NCBI GenBank assembly: GCA_040143965.1
Contig: JASJQH010000041.1
Coordinates: forward strand, 1-39,616
Direction: 5' to 3'
DNA: 39,616 nt
Source: Basidiobolus ranarum
Taxonomy: Eukaryota
Shown: positions 27,216 through 39,494 of the stretch, in pieces
Layout: every line of letters starts with the position of its first letter
Numbering within the stretch: the first letter of the stretch is position 1
Notes under the pieces: generated by a model
Seen by the model: the letters and a program-made list of their open reading frames with translations, nothing else
Told to the model about the DNA's origin: nothing
The model's database searches: none
Position numbers and translations under genes: made by a program

Positions 27216-29510
27216 ATTAGTAGATCAATACGAGAAGGTTTGTTGCTTTGAACTCTAAATAGTTGTGACATATTTCTTGACTCTTTATACTGTTGGTGTT
27301 TGGAATAGAAACGATCTTACCCTGAACAGTAAGATTAAGTAGCTCATTTCTTCGATAATTAATTAGCGGTGAAAGAGTATCTTCAGTCTTACATGATGAC
27401 TAAATTTTAATTACCACGTCACGTCATGCCTAATCTGGGTAGGTAATATATGCATATTTCCACTCCAGATGGTACGAAGACCAGCTCACTTTTCATGATA
27501 CCCTCAAAGGGCGTGATGATGTGCGTGTGCGACATAAGGAACTATTATACTAAAACAAGATGTTGTTCGTGATCATCCGATCATTTCTCTTCTTAACATA
27601 CCGTTGATGAGATGGAGTATAGCGGGTAACACTAATGTTGACAATCTACCACTTCACGTTAGTCTGCCAAGGTCCATCTGAGTACCCATTGGATAGTAGA
27701 CATCGAAGAACAAATTTTTCTGCCAATCAGCGTTCGGAGTCTAGATACCACAATTACTGCTACGATGAAAGATCATAAAGGTAAGGATCTTGATCAGTGA
27801 AACACTCGAATTCGTTGACTAAAGCAATGAAGATCGTCAGTCAATGTTATTATCCACTCGACGATCAAATTTAGTCGAATAACCCATCGCTGATATCGCC
27901 TGAGATAAACGGAGTGAATCTTGCAGTCCAAACCCTCATTCTCAATGACATATATTGCCAGCTTTCAACCCACCATCCATCTTCTAGTACTTTACTACAC
28001 GCAACATGATCGGTCCGAATCATTGGATTCTCGCAATTCTTGAATGGAGTCTAAAACGATAGGGGAGAGGAACTGGAAAGACCTAGGATACAGCATGCCT
28101 TTGCTGAGTGGTGATTACAATGGCCAGCACAGATAAAATGCGTGTTGAGTCGGAAGTGATATGGAAGTGATCAACGATCTAAAATTGGATCTGGGAGCGT
28201 ACTGTATCTAACTTGCACAATATAGCTCATATAGAGCAATTACTAGACTAGAAGTTCACTCGTCTGATATTGCCAAAGAGGGGTGAAGCGCCATGTTAAA
28301 GAGAGTGTGTGTCACAGAATATTCCAGATATACGCGTTGAGAGCAAATGCCCGTCGGATGAGGGAATCACCACCTGAATCGAGATAATAACAAAAGGATG
28401 CAAGTGCGACCAATCACGGGTGGGCTGGAAGAATCCATGGTTGATCCTTTCTTCATAGATCCTGTCCAAGGGCAATGAGGCTAGTATCCGAGTGTTTCCA
28501 AGTTCATATTCGGGATCAACGAACTGACCTCCCAGTACGCTCTATAATTCTCAACCACTGCTCGTTGTTTTATATATAACCCGTATATAATTCTTTCTGA
28601 GGTGGTAAAGGTTGCAGAAACAAACGACGGATTAAATGAGAAACCAGAATAGCCTAATTGATATCTGCCCAGAGGATACTTCCCAAATTAACAGTAGGAG
28701 TAAGTTGAAGGGACAAGCAATTCCGTTTTTAGAAATATATTGATTGTTCTATATGCCCAAGTTCCCACAAGAATTCAGAAACAAAGATTCGTGATGATTT
28801 CGATGATTTCGATGCTACAACTGAAAGCAGTGCCGTAAACGATACCCTGTTTTCTGTTGAGGGCCCGATGATAGATACTCAAATGATTGTGAGATGTAGG
28901 TTTCTCATGTGATGACTTTTTATAGAAATCGATTTTGGCGTTTGGTATGCGGCTTGATTAGAGGTTGGCGGAGAGTGTTTCACAAAACAGTCACACCATC
29001 TTTTGGGGAATCCACGGGGAGAACCAATGTAGAATTTAGTATAGATCTCGGTTGATGAAACCACCCAATATCAAACATTGTTATTTCAGTTTCAACGTGT
29101 CGGTGTTACACATCAAGGATGAACACGATTTGTAAGTCTAAGCCAAGTATTTTTGCAGTCTTTGCATCCACGGTCTACCCATCCATAGCCACATCTCGAC
29201 CCATTTGTAACTAAATCTACGTGGTGACTATACCAGGCAACGGATTAATTTGTCTAATTAAGTTATTCTGAATCCATTGAATCCAATTGAACATCGTGCC
29301 TATCTTGGTTAAACTCAACGTTGAACATTCGACGGATCAATTTCTACTCTTACTGAGATTTGGAGCTTGGGTTTATATTGCCATATTATAAATCCAGGTT
29401 TTATTGAGTCTCAATAGTGAATGTTGATTAAAGGTAATACAGGAGCGAATCTGGGTATAGACCATGAAAATGTTGAATTGTTAAATGGGATTTTGCTGCT
29501 TCTATACTAC

Positions 29511-30200
29511 TTATTGTAGAGCAATGAATACAAGGCCAACAACACCAATTAATAATCCTGGTCTGATAATGGCACCACCGGAGCTAGGGGTTTTGGTGGG
29601 TTGAGGAACACTGGGGACAGGAGTGGATGCACCGTTAGAAGTTTGAGCGACGCTGCTTTTGCTAGGAACAACTACACCGCTGGATTGCTGAGCGGGTTGG
29701 GTTGATGCACTGCCACTGGGGGTTTTTGAAGGTTGAACGGTATTGCTGGAGCTTTGAGGAGGTTGACTAGTGTTGCTAGGGCTTTGGGAAGGTTGACTAG
29801 GAGTTGTAGTGTTGCTGGATGCGGGGGGTGCAACTCCTCCAGCGACAATTTCGAAAGCTGGGCTGTAGAAAACGACAGGTGGATTACCTAGACGAATAGA
29901 ATAATCATTGGCAGGAGCTTGTCCTGCTGGAATATCCCATTTGTATTGTCCCGAAGCAGAATCAACGCTGGAGGCAATAGTAGACACCAATTGAAGTGAA
30001 GTAGGTTTGCCTTGCATGAGACTAATATCAAAAGTAGCTGGCATAGGTTCACCTTCGTTGTTTTCGGTCCAGGTGATAATGTTGCTGGACCCTGCCTTCC
30101 ATGATGCACCCAAAGGAGCAGTAATGGCAGCATCGGCATTTACATAGGTGACAACAGAGCTAAGAACAGCTATCAAGGTAGTGAGGTGAGAGAAATGCAT
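29511..30200 (-). CDS. Kre9/Knh1-domain GPI-anchored protein, paralogue 2
   Basis: Same domain (ITAPLGASWKAG..GQYKWDIP..YSPAFEI), long S/T/P/Q stalk, hydrophobic tail. TATAAATA about 65 bp upstream. Confidence 0.88.
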   Translation of the reverse strand: MHFSHLTTLIAVLSSVVTYVNADAAITAPLGASWKAGSSNIITWTENNEGEPMPATFDISLMQGKPTSLQLVSTIASSVDSASGQYKWDIPAGQAPANDYSIRLGNPPVVFYSPAFEIVAGGVAPPASSNTTTPSQPSQSPSNTSQPPQSSSNTVQPSKTPSGSASTQPAQQSSGVVVPSKSSVAQTSNGASTPVPSVPQPTKTPSSGGAIIRPGLLIGVVGLVFIALQ

Positions 30201-30643
30201 TGTATGTAAATAGGGAAAGCAGTAGTGTGGATGGTTTTCACAACTGGATGAGTTAACAACTATTTATACATTTGATTCAGCTTCCGGTCTTAATATCAGT
30301 CACGGATTTCATTTCATTTATGTAGCACAGGTTGCACTTTTGTCAATATCTCAGTTGACAATGACGTAGAGATTCGTTAACCTAGCAACCATCATATATG
30401 TTGTTCTAGTTATGAACTGATATGGTTGATTGATCGAATTAATCAGTTGAAATCAAATGGTACTAATATTACCATGGTCCAATCCGATGTCATTTACCGT
30501 TAACATATTCAGCCACCACTCAAATCGATCGATCGAGTTGACATTTAGCACATTATATAGATCGCTAGTTTTGTTTACAATAATATTCTTTATTCAGATT
30601 TAAACAAATTTACCAACACATTCAAATACATTTTCAAAATCAA

Positions 30644-31249
30644 CTACATAAACAAGCTGGCAATATAGCCTGCAATTGCGACGCTTCCCAAATTGAAGGC
30701 CATATTTACGGCGCCTCCATTATGGGCAGGTGTGGTGGACGGAGTGTGAGACGTGGCGGGTGTGGCAACAGGATTGGCGTTGCTACTACCTCCGCTATTC
30801 TGTGGGGTAGATTGAGCAGGTGCAGATGTTGATCCTGCAGGAGCATTACTCTGGTCTGGAGCGACTCCTCCTCCTTGCTCCCCATTTGCACCTACGATCT
30901 CGAAGTAAGGACTGTATGCTACATCCGGAGGTGTTCCAATACGGATGGAATAATCCTTAGCTGGGGCTTGGTTAGCTGGTATATTCCATGAGAACTGGCC
31001 AGCTGATGAATCAACTTGCGAAACCACACTACTTACAAGCTGTAAGGCGGTCATTTTACCTTCCATTAAAGCAATATCAAACTTGGCTGGCATTGGTTTT
31101 CCATCACCATTGTCTGTCCAAGTGATGATATTAGTTGTGCCAGCTTTCCAAGAGCTCATTAAAGGAGCGGTGATAGCTACACTAGCGTGGACATAAGTAA
31201 CGGAAGTGCCGATAATGGCGATGAAGGCAGTGAGATAAGTGAGATGCAT
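30644..31249 (-). CDS. Kre9/Knh1-domain GPI-anchored protein, paralogue 3
   Basis: Starts MHLTYLTAFIAII at 31249, matching the MHF... starts of the paralogues. ITAPLMSSWKAG..GQFSWNIP..YSPYFEI; stalk; hydrophobic tail. Confidence 0.88.
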   Translation of the reverse strand: MHLTYLTAFIAIIGTSVTYVHASVAITAPLMSSWKAGTTNIITWTDNGDGKPMPAKFDIALMEGKMTALQLVSSVVSQVDSSAGQFSWNIPANQAPAKDYSIRIGTPPDVAYSPYFEIVGANGEQGGGVAPDQSNAPAGSTSAPAQSTPQNSGGSSNANPVATPATSHTPSTTPAHNGGAVNMAFNLGSVAIAGYIASLFM

Positions 31250-33791
31250 GATCGTAAGGTACCAACAGGTTATTAGAGACAACTGAGATACTTGTTGATA
31301 GCGGCCTATATTCAGCTTTATATGAAATTGACATTTGACAAATTTAAAAATAAATATTTAATGTTCATTAAAATGAATACACTAATATGCTAACATGATT
31401 CACCTCTAAGCGAATGGAGATGTTCACCAATCAATTACCAGAAGGAGGCTCCTATGGGCTCTATCCATTCGCGATGATCTAACTTGCGCTCGGCGGTCAA
31501 GGATGAGTATACTGCATATTTGGAATTTTCCTGACGATTGATGTTCTATACGCAGATTAGTGCTGAGCAATAGCATGGATGGATTTATTTTGGTAACCTA
31601 TCTAGCCTGATAATTATTCATTTACCCTTTGAGACCTCAAAAATATCCACTTATTGAACAGAACAATCTTAAAACTTTCTGCAGTGACAAGAAGGGAGTG
31701 CTTATGTAACTCATCCATCCTATTGGCGTGTATGGTCTCTATGTTTAGGCTGTCGGAAACCCTAAGCCAGCTCATCCAATATGTAGCTTGCGATGTACAA
31801 AGACATTTATTTATACCAAATCAATGATCTATACTCATCGGTATTTGCTGACAGAAGGCCGTGACTAAAGTATCTCATTTATTTGTAATTACATGTGTAT
31901 CAGCCAGCATACTCACCGATAGTCACTTTATTTGAAGCGCCAATATTTGTGACTACTCTCACCAAGAGATTTTACCCTCAAGCTCTCTACTAGCTTACCC
32001 AGATCCTACCGCTGTTAATGTGTGTGTGTTGGTACGAATGCCAACATGAACCGATGAAATCTAGCTAAGGATTCATCATTAATGAATAATTTTAGCGCCA
32101 AGTCTGACAAATCAATATTTCAGCATTTGATGAAGACCAGTAACACTAATACTCAATCATTCACCCCGTGTGTATTGTCCAGCTCATTCTTGCTTGTAAA
32201 GTTCAAATGAGTATATTGAAACTTATAATAAAAGGCGGGATCTAATCCGGATACCCCATGGGAACCGGATAGTGGCCAAATATCTATACAACACTGAAAC
32301 CAGAATTCATTCCAGTGTCGGAGTTACTTTTCCTTATTCTCAACCCTAGGTGGAGGGGCCAGTCAGTGTGTGGAAACTGAGACCACTTGGCGAATGCTCG
32401 GAGCCCCAAGAGATCTCCTTTCGTGTAGCTGTTACTGTGTTGCCTCACTGATTTTTAAAAGCCACTTTTCAGAGCATTTGTGTGGTTGTATTAGCAACTC
32501 ACGATGTCCAACATTAAGATTCCGCATCTGACTTGTCTCAGTGATGATGATCCAGCGATAACGGCCTATTTTTAAAATGAATATTGACTAATCGTGGCCA
32601 GTCATATATTCGGATATTTGTTTTCAATTCTGCTCCAAACCTTGAACCAAATACTCACAAGTTGTACCAATTTAGATACCTCGAGAGCTCCTCTGCACAT
32701 ATTAGCCAATCATCAGTAGATCCTCGAGAGCATCGGGTTCGTTCAATTGATCTGGATGATGGCAGCATGTCAGATTCGTGATGACCATCAATTGGTTCTC
32801 AACTTCACCACAGCAATATCTATTTACAAGCAAATGGATTTCTGGATTTATTTTGACGCTTTGTTCCAAGGAACATGAAACTCGATAAAATCACAAGATT
32901 GCTATCCTAGACACCCTCGGCATCTAGCGTCATCAGTTAGCATTTCATCCATTTAGACAGCACCCAAGGCATAAACGAGCGATCTCCATGCTTTCTAATG
33001 ATTCCTAAAAGAGGTATTTCTGACGAACAAGCTGAGGATCTGCCATCACAACCAATATGTTCTGGAAATAACTCAATCTGAGGGTGTATCGATTGAGTGG
33101 AATGGGATTGGATTGAACAGCTACTTATGTTTAAGGATGCATCCCAATGAAAATGTATACCATCGCTTATTGGGTGGAAGATGCATGGAATGCTCCATTA
33201 GTGGCTATGGATTTGGAGAAGTTGTGAATGTCCTTCTGGTTACTAGTGCGCTCGCTCGAGATATTCGGATCATGCATTGATGGATCATACTAGCTGGTTA
33301 TTCAAGAAACAATTACTAGCGCTTGTTTCCAGTAAAGATCCCCGGGCCTCTCAGAAATAGTATCAAACCATTGGCTTGTCAATCTTCTCCAATCAATGTT
33401 TTGGGCGGCATATTCCGTATGTAATTGACCAATATTTCACTCTAAATTCAATGATCACTACCTGAGTATACGACACCTTATGCATTGTTTCATATTCTAG
33501 TGTCTAATGTCACTGTAGCATTTCATATGACATACAAATATATCATGATACTACGAGCTTGATTGGTCATCTCTTGCTTACGAGTTACAACAGCGTTGTC
33601 TTAAGCTCTTTAATGTCGGTGCGCCTTTCCTCAATTGAATGCAGTCATGATTCAATTCAAGACAACTCGCTACCACTGCTTCATTTAGTATACATTGGGT
33701 GGGCTCAATTTATTCTTTTGATCTTGTCTAGGAAATCACTTGGCACTCCTTACATTAGGATCAATTAGAAACAGAGTATACACAAAAGGGT

Positions 33792-35743
33792 TTACTGTGC
33801 CAACTCAATGATTAAGTTTTTGTAAAACTTGATGGCAAAAAGGTACTCTTTAACCGGAATAAACTCATCGTGGTCATGAAGGAGTCCTGGTGTGTTGAGA
33901 AACGGAGATATCCCTAAAGCTGGAACCCCGGATTGTCTTACGAACCTGTTTGGGGAGAGGAAACACTGATATGTTAGAATGATATACAAAACACAGCTAG
34001 CAGTTGAAAGTTTACCGCGCGTCTATAATATGAATAAAGTAATTAGTTGAGTTCAGAGTTGGGTCAACTTGGTATTTTGTTACCTGTGGTACCGGGCATG
34101 ATATCTGGGATGAAGTCGTAATTGCTAAATACAAGCGTGAGAAATGGATGTAAGAAACTGAATCAAATATTATTCTTACTGTTTCTGGCAAGCAGATTGA
34201 AATCTTTGCCACCATTTGGGGTTTGAGTCAATAGGCGTAATGATGGGCTTCGGGAAAAAGGTAATAAATTCCAACTTGGCACTATATACGGGTTTAGGTA
34301 TAAGTATGGGAAATCAAGAAATTACACAATCGGTCTAGGATTTACTTGTTCTCTTCGGCAGATTTCTTCACCATGGCCATTACTTTATCCGGATCATCGT
34401 TAGGTGAAATACGAATGTCAAATACTAAAAGAATCGGTCACTTTGAGCTCTAACAAATGTAAAGAAAAGTTTCAACAAATCATTTACCAGCTTCAACATT
34501 TCCTGGGACTACATTTGGTTGTACACCGCTCTGATGATGGAAGTACTTTAGTAACTATTTGAATATCAGAGAAGCAAGTCTCTTACCTTTAGCATGGTTA
34601 AATTAATGGTAGTAACTTGTCCCAAAGTTAGTTTTCCTTCACTTTCATCAAGTTTTTTCTTTTGCTCAGCGCGGTATTTGAGCAGTGTATCCGCACTGTT
34701 CAGCTGTGATCATATATCAGTAACTCTAATTATAGTAGCTATTGAGTATGAAGACTTACTAGGCCTTCCACTGCAGTGTTTTCTACAAACTTCAATCCAT
34801 GCCCTGTGTTTCCTTCGAAAATAAATTTGATCCACCTTAAACCATTAAAAGGTTAATCTAAATAACATTTATGTGACTTAATTTTCTTGCTAAATACCAT
34901 GGTGCTCGCTCGCCATAGAATACTCGTAGGGTCCCATCAGGGTTAGGTAGTCCTTCATCTAAAAACAACCCGATGTTAAGATCGCGGAATTCTTGAGTCT
35001 TTGAAAATAGCTCCCATCCTTTGGCTCCACCAACCTCTTCATCTAAAAAAGAAAGATTGTATTTTTACGAATCAATATTGAAAATACTGCATACAAGATA
35101 AGATATGTCAAGTCAACCTGGAGCAAAGATCACGTGGATTGTGTTACGAAGTTGGATGGACTCGGACTGCAACTCGCGAATGGCCTCTAAATGCCTAAAG
35201 GTATTGTAGTAGACGTATCAATAACACTTCCCCATTGTGTATATTTTACTACATATATCGGTGTTTACGCTATTCCAATAGATTTCATATCCTGAGCGCC
35301 ACGAGCATAAATCACCTCTCCATGCCCAGTTACTTCCGCAAGATCAGCAGCAAATGGATCGTGGGTCCAGTTTTCCTTTTAAATAATAGAAATTGTGTAT
35401 ATCTGAGCAGAAGAGAGGTTTTTAATACACTTAAATTGTACCTTATAAACAGGAACTACATCCATATGAGAGTTTAATGCCAAACTGGGCTCCTCTGGGT
35501 GAGTACCAGGCAAAGTAATGATTATCAGTGGGTTTTTTGGAGAAAGCTGTGGTGAAAAAGTTAGTTGTCGCATAAAGAGTATTTTTAGGATTAGTTTAAT
35601 ATCACTTCAGTTATTTTGTACTGCAATTTCATCTCCTTTGCCTGCTCAACAATATACTCCACTGAGGAGGTATAGTCAGGGTTGGGATGAATTGCATAAA
35701 CACGTAAATACTCCTGTAAGCGTTGCACCTGTGGTAGAGTCAT
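33792..35743 (-). CDS. ACY1: Aminoacylase-1 (peptidase M20A); about 13 exons
   Basis: Spliced product contains LQEYLR..HPNPDY, LNSHMDVVP, IYARGAQDMK, APDEEVGG, LDEG, YGER, GNTGHG, TTINLT, GVQPNVVP, FDIRI, PGTTDARFVR, GVPALGISP..TPGLLHDHDE. Confidence 0.93.
34016..34022 (-). other. 7-nt micro-exon (ACGCGCG) of ACY1
   Basis: Flanked by ...attatag and gtaaac... (introns 34023-34083 and 33946-34015). Supplies D-A-R of TTDARF and keeps the frame. Confidence 0.85.
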
Positions 35744-36375
35744 ACTAGTGCGATTCAGAAAGACAGGGAAATATGGCTGTAGAAGGTCGAGGCTGTTGTA
35801 TCTATACGAGATTTGGTGGCTGGTTGACGTTCCCAGCTATTTGATTGCGTGTGGATCTGCAATTTTGATCTCAATGTATGTGTTACTTGATTAGCTTGAA
35901 TAAGCAAATCAACGGAATTATTACTTCGGATTGTATTGCATCAAATGCTGTAATCACCTAGAAAATGGTGAAATGTATGAATTTAGTGGATTATTGGTCA
36001 GTCACTAAAAACCTTGGTAAAAATGATGAAATACTCAAGGTGAAATATGTATACTCCAATGTTATACAAGCTGAGAATCATTGATATACTAAAGTGAATT
36101 TAGTTAGCTCTTGAGGCATTCGGGCATTTCAATGCCTCCAGTGAACGTCAATATAGTGGTAATGCGCCTTATACTAAATTGGACGATATCTTTATGAGTA
36201 AGTTATTATTATTAACCATTACTAAGGCTACTTGTAAAAGTATGCTATATTCCACACACAAGAATTGACACTACCGCAAATGCTAGCTTTATATGTAACG
36301 TTAACCTACGCAACAGTAATAGTACTTATTACAATATGTATCACTATCCTTATTGCACCCATCATTACTTGATAA

Positions 36376-37040
36376 TATTGAAATTAACATAGCCTAAACA
36401 CCTATATAGTCATATATAGCTTAGTACTTAGTTATCTTATAATTCACTAAGATATCACCTCAAGAGGAATTTACTTTAAAGTTCTCAGATATATAGATTT
36501 TTCAAACCTGTACTAGAGACCCAAAACTTTGCATACATGTTCCTGGGACTATTCGTAGCATATTATACACATTAGCTTGTCTACATCTGCATAAAACTAT
36601 AAATGTCACCTTTCTACTCAATAAATCAATAAATGCATGTTAAAGTATTTGGGAGCCTGTTGGAAGTGGTTTGGAGAATTAGAGGTTTTCACTTATTGAT
36701 TTATTGAGTAGAAAGTTGACATTTATAGTTTTGACCAGATGTAAATAGACAAACGTGTACAATGTGTTAAGAAAGGTCCCAGGAACATGTGTGCAAAGTT
36801 TGGGGCTTCTAGCACAAGCTTGAAAAATCCTTATATCTGAGAACTTCGAAGTTGGTAAAAATATAAAAGTAAATTCCAATTGAGAATAATTGATAATATC
36901 TTAGTGAATTATAAGATAACTAAGTACTAAGCTATATATGACTATATAGGTGTTTAGGCAATGTTAATTTCAACAATGCAAACTACCAATTTCTCTAGTT
37001 CTTCAAACCACTTCCAACAGGCTCTCAAAATACTTGAACA
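36376..37040 (+). mobile_element. Solo LTR-like copy split by a nested copy
   Basis: tattgaaattaacatagcc...ataaatcaataaatgca | insertion | atgcaaactaccaatttctctagttc...tacttgaaca. Confidence 0.85.
36638..36975 (-). mobile_element. Nested full-length solo LTR-like copy (338 bp), inverted
   Basis: TGTTAAAGTATT...AATTTCAACA with a perfect 5-bp TSD ATGCA (36633-36637 and 36976-36980). Confidence 0.9.
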
Positions 37041-37970
37041 AATAGTAGTTATATAGTTATAGGGGAGTAAAGCCAAAGTAACAACATGTACACACAGAGT
37101 CCAAGCAAAATAACTATTGATGTATTTTGCCTGTAAAGTGTCTTTAGATGTGCTTTCAAATTGTCATCATACTTTGAAGGTTCAATTGAAATTGATTCTT
37201 TCATATAGTCCTACCCTACAGACACATAATAACTTGGTGCATTAAATAATGTTGAACTCTACCCATTCATAGTACATTGCTTGAGATGTTCAAGTGAAGA
37301 GAATGATATAGCAAAGTTTAAATTTACCCTACTGAAATGGAGCTTTAGCCTAACCCTAGGCTTCTTACCGATTACCACTACTTTGTTAAGTAGGCCTTTA
37401 TATTGATGATTAGCAGCAGGTTACATAGCCAATGGTGGCGAAAAGTGCCAAGTACTAAGTGATCTGTAGTTCATACCCGCCCAAAATTACGAAAGATTGT
37501 TATGATTGGATTTTACATTAATCAATCGGATAATCAGCGAGTGATGCCATTTCAATATACTACAATGATATTGTGTTTCCTAATCAGCAATAAGCAATCT
37601 ACAAAAGTTGTATCAATGATCAAGCAAGCAGAGAAGTGTATGATGCAATGATCGACATATGAGCCCCAGAACATTATATCAGTTATCGTAATCATGGGTA
37701 AATTCCTCAACATCAGGGCCAAATAGAATCACCCCATTTTAATGCCTAACCCTATTCATCAATCCTAACCCTAAATCGGATCAAATTATCAGGGGTAGGA
37801 TCATTGATTGATGCATCTAATTGGGATTTTTTCATTTTTTGACGAGTAAATACAATCAATACCATGTCCCGATATTTTTCAAGTGAGATAAAATAGGACC
37901 ATATGTAGCCAATATTTTCACAGCTCAATTTTTTCTTCCTCCTGTCACTATTCACTACCTTGTGTCCACA

Positions 37971-38913
37971 ATGGATCGTCTACCTTTTAAACACGAAGAA
38001 GAATTTACACTCACCCAAAGTCCTAACCCTGAGTGGGTGCAAGGCCAAAAGCAAGTGCCTTCGATGGGCCTTGCTACCGAAGAAAACACCACTACTTTCG
38101 TAGCTGAAGAAATCGATAAAGCTCTGAGATACAAGTTGCTAGTTGGAGGTGTTGTACGTAAATCCTTAATAATAGATACTCTTGGATATGTATTTTGCGC
38201 CGTTGCCACATAACTAAAGCACTATGTTTAACCTTTCTTCAGGCACCCAGACCAATTGCGTTTGTCAGCTCGCAAAGTCCCGAAGGAGTTCAGAATCTTG
38301 CACCATTCTCGTACTTTAATATTGTGGGACATGACCCCGCAACCATTGTTTTCTCAGTCGCCCGATCATTGAATGGACCTAAGGATACTGCAAAAAACAT
38401 CCTCAGCACTAAGGAGTTTGTAGTCAATATTATGAGCGAATGGTTCTTAGAGTTAGTGTTACTCTGTTCTTAGATTTCAGTCATCCAAATCCAAATCCTG
38501 ACACTAAACATTATCATTTCCTAAACAGATCGGCCAATTATACAGCAATAGATGCACCTGATATGGTATCAGAGTTTGAGCTTAGTGGATTAACCCCATA
38601 TCCATCTGATCTGGTCAAGCCACCAAGAGTCGCAGAGTCTGCTTATGCGATGGAATGCAAGCTAATTCATCATTATCCTCTCCAAAATCATGAGGAGAGA
38701 ATCACACATGACGTGATGATTGGCCAAGTGCTAGCATGGAAGGTACGCAACGAAATTCTAGGGGAAAAGAATCGGATTGACTACACCCAATATAAGCCAC
38801 TTGGTAGATTAGGTGGGATCATGTATTCTCGTGTTAATCAAGGCTTCGAAATCCCAAGGCCAACCTGGGAGCAAGAAAAAGATGCATTGAAGAAGGGCGA
38901 AGACAAAGTGTAA
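37971..38913 (+). CDS. Flavin reductase-like FMN-binding split-barrel protein (flavoredoxin/DIM6-NTAB family), 3 exons, about 258 aa
   Basis: Exons 37971-38153, 38243-38451 and 38529-38913. YKLLVGGV/APRPIAFVSS, NLAPFSYFN, KDTAKNI..TKEFVVNI, SEFELSGLT..VKPPRVAES..MECKL, PLGRLGG..Y. Confidence 0.92.
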
Positions 38914-39364
38914 GATTGGCAATGCCAGACCATAGATTATTCTAGACATTTAGAGAGCATTTGGATAGATTTCGCATCATTAATATCAATCAAAAGTTGC
39001 CTTCAATAAATCTCACTTATTGAGTTGGTTCCTTATCACGCTATACACACTGCAATCTAAGCTACCAACCTCATTTGTACGATCTATAATTTGATCACAG
39101 TGTAGTATTCAAGCTAATCCGACATTTTACAAGAGAATCACCTTATCAACACCTGGAAATACACCCTAACCATCATCATTTCGTACTACTGTTCCATGCT
39201 TGTTGGTGCATATATTGCGTGCAGGATTATTTTCCTAATCAATACCAAACTTCTACTACAAATTAGTTAACCCTTAATTCTTAGTGTTCATCACACTACC
39301 TGCGAAAAGATAACTCAGGATTAGGTTCCATAAATGTCTATCATTTTCAATATAGCACACCATT

Positions 39365-39494
39365 TGTTAAAGTATTTGGGAGCCTGTTGGAAGTGGTTTG
39401 GAGAATTAGAGAAATTGGTGGTTTTGACTTATTGATTTATTGAGTTGAAAGTTGAAGTTTATAGCTTTATCAAGATAGAAGCAAACTAGCATAG
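39365..39494 (-). mobile_element. LTR 3'-end fragment, minus orientation
   Basis: tgttaaagtatttgggagcctgttggaagtggtttggagaattagagaaattggtggttttgacttattgatttattgag...; similarity ends near 39494. Confidence 0.85.

Noticed and set aside
27700-29100. Slightly GC-richer spacer between GPI paralogues 1 and 2 as a fourth paralogue or TE relic
   Set aside because: The frames I translated are interrupted by stops and show no Kre9-like or transposon motifs.
32500-33770. Coding-looking stretch downstream of ACY1
   Set aside because: Multiple stops in the frames read and no family recognised.
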